Positions 8,642-16,574 of a stretch of DNA of 19,657 nucleotides are shown one piece after another; the first letter of the stretch is position 1; the number at the start of each line of letters is the position of its first letter. The DNA is from an uncultured archaeon (GTDB taxonomy: Archaea > Asgardarchaeota > Thorarchaeia > Thorarchaeales > Thorarchaeaceae): assembly GCA_964590575.1 (NCBI GenBank), contig CAZPWM010000059.1, forward strand, positions 1 through 19,657, written 5' to 3'. Below the pieces are notes generated by a model. That model ran no database searches and was not told where the DNA came from. It saw only the letters and a program-made list of their open reading frames with translations. The position numbers and the translations under genes are program-made.

Positions 8642-9973
8642 TCACATGTCTCTTTCGCGAGTGAGAACAAAGAGTACATCTTCTCCAGAGTATTTTCCCG
8701 TCACAACTCTTGTACTAGCAAATTTCTTGATTCCATTCATTGCCATAAGAGGTAACTCAAAACTAATGACCGTTCCTTCTACAGCCCCTTGCAAAGCTGC
8801 GCTAATCCTCTTTTGATCATCCTTCTCATAGAAATCCAGAATGCTTTTTCCCTTAAGAGAAGTTTCGCCTGTTCCTAATTTTGCACTCGCTGTATCGTTT
8901 GCATGGAGGACAGTTCCAGCTGTATCAATGACGAAGAACAGGTCTTGAAAGGAATCGAACATCTTAATCATTTCTGACTGTGACCGAATGATTGACTGTT
9001 GTGCTTTTACTCTGGCCATGTAGGCTCCAACTTGAATTGCAATCGCTTCCAGAGTATATCTGTCGTTGTTAGGTATCTCATCATGTGAGTGAGACCCAAG
9101 ACTGAGTATTGCAACGGTTTTTCCTTCAAAGAGAACTGGAACAATCGCTACTGCTGTTAGGTCTTCATAATCACTGAGTCCTTTTAGTGAATCATTTATC
9201 TCTGATCTTGAAACATAGAGCGGTTCTGTTACTTCAAGGCTCTTCTCTTGACCTAGAATACTCTTGAGAAACTGAGATGATATTCCTTGGCTTGTTGAAA
9301 GATCAAGCTGTCCAGTTTCATCATCCATGAGGAAAATTGCTGCCGTATCAACTCCTTCGAGATGCACTACTGCCTTCAGAATCCTATCCAACGCATCAAT
9401 CAGATTTTCTGTTTCACAAAGTATGTTTCCCAAATCTCTTTGTAGGAGTAATGAATCTTCGATTTTTTCTCTCTCAACAATCTCCTGATAGAGGCGATCG
9501 TTGGTTTCCTTTAATTCCGCAGTTCTCTCTTCAACTCGTTTTTCTAGGTCCGCCAGCGCGGTTTCAAGAGCTTCTTCTTGCCGTCTTGATTCCACCTCAG
9601 ATATTATCTTACTTGCTAGCTGCGAGAATAGTTCTCGAAACTCTTCAGTTCCTTTCTTGAGATAATAGTCTGCACCGAGATTCAATGCTCTAATAGCGAC
9701 AGATTCTTGACTTCGCCCTGTGAATATGATAAATGGTATGTGAGGGTTGAACTCTCTGACCCATTCTAGAAGCTCTAATCCTGTCATACTATCATGTCCC
9801 AGAAAGTGATCACATACTATTGCATCAAACTGCTCTTCTTCAATCAATCGTAGAGCTTCTTGATCAGTGGTTGCGGACACAAGATGAATTCGTTCATCCT
9901 CTCGTGTTAGAAACTTACCCGCAAGAAATAGTAGGTCCTCGTCATCATCAATTACTAGGACCCGTATCTGCAC
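8642..9973 (-). CDS. Response regulator REC-coiled coil-GAF-PAS, no DNA-binding or kinase output
   Basis: REC residues are intact: 'VIDDD', 'VCDH' (phospho-Asp), 'FTG', 'GADYYLKK'. S-helix 'LEKRVEERTAELKETN', GAF 'AVAIVPVLFEGKTVAILSL', C-terminal PAS. GTG at 9973 preferred as start (GAGGTGGAG upstream); ATG at 9994 is possible. Confidence 0.9.
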   Translation of the reverse strand: MQIRVLVIDDDEDLLFLAGKFLTREDERIHLVSATTDQEALRLIEEEQFDAIVCDHFLGHDSMTGLELLEWVREFNPHIPFIIFTGRSQESVAIRALNLGADYYLKKGTEEFRELFSQLASKIISEVESRRQEEALETALADLEKRVEERTAELKETNDRLYQEIVEREKIEDSLLLQRDLGNILCETENLIDALDRILKAVVHLEGVDTAAIFLMDDETGQLDLSTSQGISSQFLKSILGQEKSLEVTEPLYVSRSEINDSLKGLSDYEDLTAVAIVPVLFEGKTVAILSLGSHSHDEIPNNDRYTLEAIAIQVGAYMARVKAQQSIIRSQSEMIKMFDSFQDLFFVIDTAGTVLHANDTASAKLGTGETSLKGKSILDFYEKDDQKRISAALQGAVEGTVISFELPLMAMNGIKKFASTRVVTGKYSGEDVLFVLTRERDM

Positions 9974-10096
9974 TTCCACTCCACCTCTTCTCATTGGATT
10001 CTCTTATCCAACTAAATGATTCTCTCGATTGGTCCTAGGTTTGGCGTTTAATAGATATTATATTTGTCATCAAGCAATTCTCGTGAACTCAATAGG

Positions 10097-10129
10097 AAAA
10101 ATAGCGATGCCCAGTCTGTATGACTGGGC
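10097..10129 (-). terminator. Hairpin terminator of the surface-protein gene
   Basis: Perfect 8-bp stem GCCCAGTC-N5-GACTGGGC (10109-10129), 7 nt after the TGA at 10137, followed on the minus strand by atcgctaTTTTT. Confidence 0.65.
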
Positions 10130-10136
10130 TCTGATA

Positions 10137-12374
10137 TCAGCTTGTTTGCTGTTTCGGTTTTATGATGAAGATATATACTATGATTACAATGCCTACTACA
10201 GCAATAGCTACAACTCCAATAAATAGAGGCAGCAAATCTGGTGGAGGAGGTTCGTGGTATTCTGGTACAGTGTAACCTAGCTGTGTACTCTGAGATTCTT
10301 GTCCAAATCCGTCTAGTGCAGATATATAGAAATCAACTTCAGTGGCTTCAGGTTGCCCTGGTATTGTAGCGTTGAATCCATTTCCCGTGTCGACCATCTC
10401 AACCTCATTCCAAACGCTTCCGTTAATCCGATAGAAGAGTGACACGGATACAAGACTTGGATCGTAGACCTGTGCTGACACATTCACATCCCACCCAGCT
10501 ATAGGTGGTGTCAAGTGAATGGAAGCAATCTCAGGTGCAGGATCATGATAGAGGTAGACGTCGTCGAAGAGAACTTCTATCTGTCCACCGACATCGGCTT
10601 CTCCATACAAAATAATACTATACAGAGTTGTGTTTGGTGCAACACCAAATGCAGATTCATAATCATTGTATAGATTTCGTTGAAAATTGATCCAGACCCC
10701 CTCAGAATTATGCTCTGGCACAATAATGAATTCATCGAATCCATTTTCAGTTGGAACTGCTGAGTTGTTCGCTATAATATAGGCTAGTGATTCTTCTTCA
10801 AAATAGGCTTCAATGTACAAAATATTACTAGCATCCACAGACCAATCCTCAATGCGCCAGAATAGGTCCAACCAAATGTCAGTACTATTATTGATTTGAT
10901 AATTCTCAAGATACTGGTATCCCTCAAAATACTCTCCATCTGCTAGTGCAAGCTTTGCTGCACGAGCGCCTGAGTATGCTATATCTGTCACTGTATAATT
11001 GGGTGCTGGATTATCGCTAGGGTTCCAAGTCCAAATTTCACCACCCACCTGCTGCTGGTCCTCATAACCCATGTCACTCAATGCTGCAGTGACATGAGAC
11101 GCGTCGTCGAAAAGAATCGTGATACGTGCGCCAGGATCTCGTGAGTAAACTTCAACTTTAACATCATCAATAATGATGAAATCGGTTGTATTCACTGAGA
11201 TTACATCTTCCCAGATACTCCTATCAAATGTATGCCACTGACCAGTCACATTGAATCCTGTAGCATTAATCTCTTGTCCCTCGTAAGTTTGGTAGGGAAC
11301 TGCGGTTCCCATATAGAACAGCGCATAGGTGAGATAGAAATCTGCATCTTCAGTTCCGTTCGAGCAGTGGACCCTGAGATACGCATATGTGTGAACCGAG
11401 GCTGACACCACTTCATCAATTCGCCACTGAAGACTGAGTCTGTCTGGGTTCAAGGAAGATGCTCGAATATTATTATTATTAGTAAATTGAGCATTGCTCT
11501 CATTTCCATTCGATGTTACAGTCGCGTTTAGACTGAAGTCACCCTCTTGGCGTACTGAACTTTTACTAATCAAAGCAGGGTCGTTGTTCTGATTTGTTAG
11601 CCAAACACTCCCTGTTTCGAAATTACCATTCGAAATACTACCCCCAATGAAAGTAGTACCATTAACAAGCCACAAATCATCAAAATAGGCTCGACAGTAT
11701 GAAGTCGTAAAACTTCGAAGTTCAATTTCGAATGTTTTGAATTGGCCAGTTGGGTACGTGCCAAATGCTTCGAAATAATCATCTGTCATATTTCTATTAA
11801 AAATATTCCAAGTCTGCGTTGGACCTGAGATTTGAAAATAACAATAATTTGTGCTATTGGTAATAACACTATTTTGGCTTTCAAAGTAATAATGTAGAAT
11901 CCTTTCTCCAGCTGTATCAAACTTCACCAAAAGGCGAAGGTAGTTGTTATCAGTTGCACTGGGCAATTCATCAATAAACCAGTCAAATTTGAGGGTTAGA
12001 TTAGTCGGATTACTCCACCAAGAATATGAACCCCTCTTCAATACAGCCTCAGAGTAATCTTGAGGTGTTAATGCTCGTGCCTGAAGGACGAAGGAACGAG
12101 CCCCTTCATTTACATAAGCAGGATTGCTTTGAATATATGCATAATGCTCTTTGGTGAATTGAGATCCGATACCTTCTGGACTTGTGTCATCATACCATAG
12201 CTCAAATCCAGGATTTGGAAATTGGTTCGTTTTCCATTCGACACGATTGGGATCAGTTGCAGCGTCATTAAAAATCGCGCTTTTGTTTGGACTCATATCA
12301 GCAATTGGAGTGACCAATGGTATAAGCCATAATAGTACGCAGAAAATTCCTAGTAATTTTAGGTGGTTCTTCAT
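10137..12374 (-). CDS. Large secreted, C-terminally membrane-anchored surface glycoprotein: 3 tandem CBM/jelly-roll-like repeats plus an Ig-like domain
   Basis: ATG at 12374 after GGAGGA. Signal peptide 'MKNHLKLLGIFCVLLWLIPLV'. Three internal repeats, many N-x-S/T sequons, Pro linker, C-terminal TM and KPK tail. Confidence 0.8.
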   Translation of the reverse strand: MKNHLKLLGIFCVLLWLIPLVTPIADMSPNKSAIFNDAATDPNRVEWKTNQFPNPGFELWYDDTSPEGIGSQFTKEHYAYIQSNPAYVNEGARSFVLQARALTPQDYSEAVLKRGSYSWWSNPTNLTLKFDWFIDELPSATDNNYLRLLVKFDTAGERILHYYFESQNSVITNSTNYCYFQISGPTQTWNIFNRNMTDDYFEAFGTYPTGQFKTFEIELRSFTTSYCRAYFDDLWLVNGTTFIGGSISNGNFETGSVWLTNQNNDPALISKSSVRQEGDFSLNATVTSNGNESNAQFTNNNNIRASSLNPDRLSLQWRIDEVVSASVHTYAYLRVHCSNGTEDADFYLTYALFYMGTAVPYQTYEGQEINATGFNVTGQWHTFDRSIWEDVISVNTTDFIIIDDVKVEVYSRDPGARITILFDDASHVTAALSDMGYEDQQQVGGEIWTWNPSDNPAPNYTVTDIAYSGARAAKLALADGEYFEGYQYLENYQINNSTDIWLDLFWRIEDWSVDASNILYIEAYFEEESLAYIIANNSAVPTENGFDEFIIVPEHNSEGVWINFQRNLYNDYESAFGVAPNTTLYSIILYGEADVGGQIEVLFDDVYLYHDPAPEIASIHLTPPIAGWDVNVSAQVYDPSLVSVSLFYRINGSVWNEVEMVDTGNGFNATIPGQPEATEVDFYISALDGFGQESQSTQLGYTVPEYHEPPPPDLLPLFIGVVAIAVVGIVIIVYIFIIKPKQQTS

Positions 12375-12477
12375 GATTTTTCCTCCTAGTGAGGTCTTAC
12401 CATGCTGGTGAATCAACTGCTTATTTCTCTTTGCCGCCTAAGTAAAACTACCATCTACTCACTAGCTATTGTTTGAG

Positions 12478-12515
12478 AAAAAAAAAGAAAATAAGTAAGG
12501 GTTGAACCCTTACTT
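12478..12515 (-). terminator. Intrinsic terminator (hairpin plus U-tract) of the substrate-binding protein gene
   Basis: AAGTAAGGGTT-G-AACCCTTACTT perfect inverted repeat (12493-12515) just after the stop at 12523, followed on the minus strand by aTTTTcTTTTTTTTT. Confidence 0.85.
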
Positions 12516-12522
12516 TGTACTT

Positions 12523-14013
12523 CTATCTCTTACGGAAGATTACTGCAGCTACTACAATGCCTAGTACTAATCCACCAACTCCGATCACAGCGACTGTCAA
12601 GATATCGAAGCCTGGGGGTGGTAGTTCTGTTGTAGTTGTTGTTGTCGATGTTGTTGTTGTTGTTGATGTTGTTGGTGCGAATCCACCTGGAACATATGGC
12701 TCACCATTCCAGACAGAGGCAACTGGGGATGCTACTGTAGTTCGATTGAGTGTTTGAACCAATTCCGCAATTACGAGATTCTCTGTTTCAGATCCAGAAC
12801 GGGTGTCATTCACAGCTTTTGCGATATACATCTCTGCAAGCCCTTGATGGTCCTCCGGTCTCAAGTATGTTTCTCCCTTCGGACAGTTTATGATTACACC
12901 ACTTTCCAGATAGTTGATCATCAAGTCAGTATCAAGGTCTGCAATCTCATTTGTTACGTCCACCAAGAATTGTGCTGTGGCAAACGCACTTGCAGTGAAA
13001 AGTTCCGGAACTCTATATTGAAGACCATATTGACCGTTTGGCTTGATGTTTCTGGTGACATGTTGCGCTACCATCCAATCATTTACTGCATTGTTTGGTA
13101 GTTCATAGCCATATACACAGAGCCCAGTAGAATTAATGTAGGTAGCAGGAGGCGTCAAACTCGCTTCAATGGCGTTCATGGAAAGGATATCAATACATGC
13201 TCCAGCAATTTCCATATTTGCTGCAAGACTGTATGTTGTCATATCATTGTACAGATATGAGAAGTCAAGAGCCCAAATGATGAACAGATACTCGATATCG
13301 TTCACCAAATCAGCTGCTTTGAGAGCATCAATCTCTTGAGAGAAATCTGTATCAAAGAGGTTAGCATACACGGAACTGATTACGACTCCTCCCTTCTCTT
13401 CAATTACATTTGTCATTGAAGCAACGCCATCATATCCAAAGGAATAATCAGCGGCGAGAAATGCAAATTTGGTATACCCGAGTGTGTCCATCGCGTATGT
13501 AACACCTGCATAGGCATCTTGCCAGTTGTTTCTAGCGATACGGAAAATGTACGGATTAAAGCCCGATTCAGTTATCGAAGAAGCAGCAGCTGGAGTTATG
13601 AAAAATATCTTCTCATTATCTTCAGCAATAGGTGCCAATGCTGCAGCAACCGCACTAGAAGTTGCTCCCACGAGAATGTCAATTTCATCCGTTTCAATAG
13701 CTGTTACTGCCTGGGACGCTGCATAGGTCACATCACCCTTAGTGTCATAATAATGAAGTTCATAGGGTCGACCTGCTTCGGTCTTATTCTCATTGTCATA
13801 TCCCATCATCGTAGTTGCATATATCATTCCCAACTCGAAGCCTTGTTTCGTCCATGGTCCATATGAAATCAGACCAGCTGTTTCAGGAGTGAAAATTCCA
13901 ATCTTAATTGGAGTTGTCTGTGCAGCAACTGGTTTAACCATGAAACAAGGTAGAAAGATGGATGCGATCATTAGCAACGAAAGAGATAGAGATATTATTC
14001 TCATTTTTTTCAT
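12523..14013 (-). CDS. ABC transporter substrate-binding protein (LivK/type-1 periplasmic binding fold) with Thr-rich linker and C-terminal TM anchor
   Basis: GGAGGA RBS and signal peptide. Motifs 'IKIGI', 'YDTKGD', 'DILVGATSSAVAAA', 'YIFR', 'LAADYSFG', 'PKGETYLRPEDHQ'. Poly-Thr linker, PGF, TM helix, RKR. Confidence 0.92.
   Translation of the reverse strand: MKKMRIISLSLSLLMIASIFLPCFMVKPVAAQTTPIKIGIFTPETAGLISYGPWTKQGFELGMIYATTMMGYDNENKTEAGRPYELHYYDTKGDVTYAASQAVTAIETDEIDILVGATSSAVAAALAPIAEDNEKIFFITPAAASSITESGFNPYIFRIARNNWQDAYAGVTYAMDTLGYTKFAFLAADYSFGYDGVASMTNVIEEKGGVVISSVYANLFDTDFSQEIDALKAADLVNDIEYLFIIWALDFSYLYNDMTTYSLAANMEIAGACIDILSMNAIEASLTPPATYINSTGLCVYGYELPNNAVNDWMVAQHVTRNIKPNGQYGLQYRVPELFTASAFATAQFLVDVTNEIADLDTDLMINYLESGVIINCPKGETYLRPEDHQGLAEMYIAKAVNDTRSGSETENLVIAELVQTLNRTTVASPVASVWNGEPYVPGGFAPTTSTTTTTSTTTTTTELPPPGFDILTVAVIGVGGLVLGIVVAAVIFRKR
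12628..12672 (-). repeat. Low-complexity (ACA)n-rich stretch encoding the poly-Thr linker
   Basis: Plus strand tgttgtagttgttgttgtcgatgttgttgttgttgttgatgttgt encodes TTSTTTTTSTTTTTT. Confidence 0.85.
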
Positions 14014-14106
14014 CTTCTATCCTCCAATAACAGTTCTTTATCAGAATACTGTTAATGTTAGAACATAGAGCGTTCTATGCCTAACCACTAATGATGATGT
14101 CCCTGC

Positions 14107-14121
14107 TATTTATCTCTTGGC
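14107..14121 (-). promoter_or_regulatory. Putative BRE/TATA internal promoter for the substrate-binding protein gene
   Basis: Minus strand reads gccaagaGATAAATA. The predicted TSS (~14086-14088) coincides with the start of the first leader hairpin. Confidence 0.5.
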
Positions 14122-14152
14122 TAATTATGAAAAAACGAATAACTGTTCTTCT

Positions 14153-14959
14153 CTAAAGTGTGTTTTTCTGGGATTGTTTGTGTAAGAATCCTAGAACTAT
14201 GCTGTTGAACTCTTCAGGTTTTTCAAATGTTACAGCATGACCCGAATCACGAACAATAACCATTTCTGAATTCAGTAAGCTGTCGTGAATCAAACTCGAA
14301 TACGGATGGGTTGGTTTTAAGATGTCCTTCTCACCGGAAATCACACAAATGGGTATTTTGATCTGTTTTAGCTGATCTGTGATATTTAGCTTGAGAAACG
14401 CATCCATCAATCTTACAAGTGGAGGATAATCTAGTGCAGCATAACGAACCTTAGCTTGTTCCAAAATAGCAGTATTTTCTCGAATGAAGGGTTCTGCAAA
14501 ATTCAATGGTACAGTAGCGTGATAAAAAAGGTCAGGATCACCGAGCTCGCACGCATATCTCCATAGTTGAGCCATCTCAAGGAGCAAGGTGCCCACGTAA
14601 GAAACGGCACTACACACAACAAGGCTTCTCAGCATTTCAGGATACTTCAGTGCAAAGACTAAGCCTAATTCAGCACCATAGCTTATTCCTACATGATGAG
14701 CTTTGGAAATGCCAAGTTCTTCAAGAAGTGCCTTTTGATCATCAGCATGGACATCAAATGAATAGGGTTCTTCTGGCTTTTCGCTCTGCCCCTGTCCACG
14801 CATATCGTACAGAATGACTTGATACTCTTTAGAAAAAACAGGAACTTGATTGATCCATCCTAGTGTATTCGAAAAAACACCATTACCAAAGATGACTGGT
14901 TCTCCATCACCATGTATTTCGTAATAGATATCTATTCCATTTACGTTGCTGACGGGCAT
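14153..14959 (-). CDS. Alpha/beta-fold hydrolase (enol-lactonase/esterase-like)
   Basis: 'YDMRGQGQS', nucleophile elbow GISYG, acid 'GEKD', His 'SGHAVTFEKP'. ATG lies 2 nt after the stop of the ligase gene. Confidence 0.92.
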   Translation of the reverse strand: MPVSNVNGIDIYYEIHGDGEPVIFGNGVFSNTLGWINQVPVFSKEYQVILYDMRGQGQSEKPEEPYSFDVHADDQKALLEELGISKAHHVGISYGAELGLVFALKYPEMLRSLVVCSAVSYVGTLLLEMAQLWRYACELGDPDLFYHATVPLNFAEPFIRENTAILEQAKVRYAALDYPPLVRLMDAFLKLNITDQLKQIKIPICVISGEKDILKPTHPYSSLIHDSLLNSEMVIVRDSGHAVTFEKPEEFNSIVLGFLHKQSQKNTL

Positions 14960-14961
14960 GA

Positions 14962-16512
14962 CTACTTCTCCTCTTGTCCAAAATCTTGTCGCAATTTCCG
15001 TTTCAGGATTTTCCCTGCTCCAGAGATATATGGAGTAAAACTATCTGTAAAGCGTACTGATTTTGGAATCTTGAATTTTGCCAGTTTTCCAGCGCAAAAG
15101 TCGATTATCTCTTCTTCTGATGCTGTTTGACCTGATTTCAAAATAACAATAGCACGTCCCACTTCTCCCCATTTGGGATCGGGAACTCCGATCACTTGGA
15201 CTTGGTCAATCTTTGGATGCTCTTCGAGGATTTTCTCAATCTCTCTTGGATAGACATTCTCACCTCCGGAGATGAACATGTCCTTGACCCTATCCACTAC
15301 ATAGTAGTACCCTTCATTATCAAAATACACCATATCTCCAGTAGCAAACCATCCACCATCATCGAGAAGAGTCTTGTTCAATTCCGGCCTGTTCCAGTAA
15401 CCAATAGTCACTGTGGGTCCTTTAAACATCAGTTCGCCAACCTCATTCGCATCGCAATCCTTTCCAGTTTCAGGATCAACCACTTTTGCATCGATAAAGA
15501 AGTTTGGAGTACCAATACTTCCACTCTTTCGTTCCGCATCCCATGGATCAAGAGCGAAACACCCAGGACCAACTTCGGTCATTCCAAAGCCCTGCTTGAA
15601 TTTGACTCCATGAGTTTCTCTGTATTTCCTGATGACGTCTAACGGCAAAGGCTCACCACCAGAGGTCAGGAATCGAACATTACTGAAATCTATGGACTTA
15701 AAGTCAGGATGGTTCATGAGCATACGATACTGTGTAGGAACGGCAAAGAAAAAGTTGGGATTCTCCTTGTTGATTACTCGCACAAGAGTGTCAAGATCCC
15801 ATCTCTTCATCTGAATTACCTTGCCTCCCAAAATGAAGAGTGGAATTGCATACACATACAATCCCCCAACATGAAAGAGAGGTAGATGATTTATGTAGAC
15901 ATCACCTGGGAGAATGTCTCTAATAGTACTGAGCGTATTGAACGCCACATGTCTGTAGGTTATCATTGCCCCCTTTGGTAGTCCAGTTGTGCCGCCGGTA
16001 AATACAATCCCCATTGGATCTTCATAAGTAAGGGATACTGGTTGAGGAGATGTGGAGGGCGAGTTGTTAATTGCATCTTCATAAATGACTGATCCTTCTA
16101 CCTTTGCATCTTTTCTGTTCATTGACACCCATTGATTAACAGTGACTTCTTGTTTAAGTTCTAATGCAACACTTGATAATTCAGAATCGTAGAATAACAC
16201 CGATGGAGAAAGATCGTTGATCAATTCTGCTAATTCTCGGGCTACTAAACGCCAATTTAGAGGGCTGAAAATGCCACCACACTTTTGACACCCGAAAAAT
16301 ATTTCCCAGTACTCAAGACTATTTTGTGCGAGTATGCAGAGTCGGTTCCCTTTCTGAAACCCAATTTCTTGTTGAAGGAAATTCGCCACTCTATTTGCAC
16401 GTTTATTGAATGCTCTGTAGGTATACCGTTTCCCGGTTTCTACATCAACAAGAGCCTCAGCCTCTGGAGAGAAGACATCCCTCTTGGATAGATAATCAAA
16501 TTGATTGACCAT
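14962..16512 (-). CDS. Acyl-CoA synthetase / AMP-binding ligase (FadD13/MenE-like class I adenylating enzyme)
   Basis: P-loop 'FTGGTTGLPKG', 'LPLFHVGGL', 'GFGMTE', 'WFATGD', 'VDRVKDMFISGGENVYPREIE', 'GKILK'. GAGGAG RBS. Confidence 0.95.
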   Translation of the reverse strand: MVNQFDYLSKRDVFSPEAEALVDVETGKRYTYRAFNKRANRVANFLQQEIGFQKGNRLCILAQNSLEYWEIFFGCQKCGGIFSPLNWRLVARELAELINDLSPSVLFYDSELSSVALELKQEVTVNQWVSMNRKDAKVEGSVIYEDAINNSPSTSPQPVSLTYEDPMGIVFTGGTTGLPKGAMITYRHVAFNTLSTIRDILPGDVYINHLPLFHVGGLYVYAIPLFILGGKVIQMKRWDLDTLVRVINKENPNFFFAVPTQYRMLMNHPDFKSIDFSNVRFLTSGGEPLPLDVIRKYRETHGVKFKQGFGMTEVGPGCFALDPWDAERKSGSIGTPNFFIDAKVVDPETGKDCDANEVGELMFKGPTVTIGYWNRPELNKTLLDDGGWFATGDMVYFDNEGYYYVVDRVKDMFISGGENVYPREIEKILEEHPKIDQVQVIGVPDPKWGEVGRAIVILKSGQTASEEEIIDFCAGKLAKFKIPKSVRFTDSFTPYISGAGKILKRKLRQDFGQEEK

Positions 16513-16574
16513 TGTTGTCTCCTCGATATGAAATTATGTCATTTGAAATCAGTCATAACCGAAATAAAAATCCC

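Noticed and set aside
10029-10226. Tyr/Asn-rich 65-aa plus-strand ORF
   Set aside because: It spans a terminator and is antisense to a TM-coding region, with no start context.
12375-12416. Longer start for the surface protein (12416)
   Set aside because: GGAGGA sits just before the ATG at 12374, which is followed directly by a signal peptide.
12515-12757. Plus-strand ORF with a poly-Val run
   Set aside because: It is the antisense shadow of the poly-Thr linker of the binding protein.
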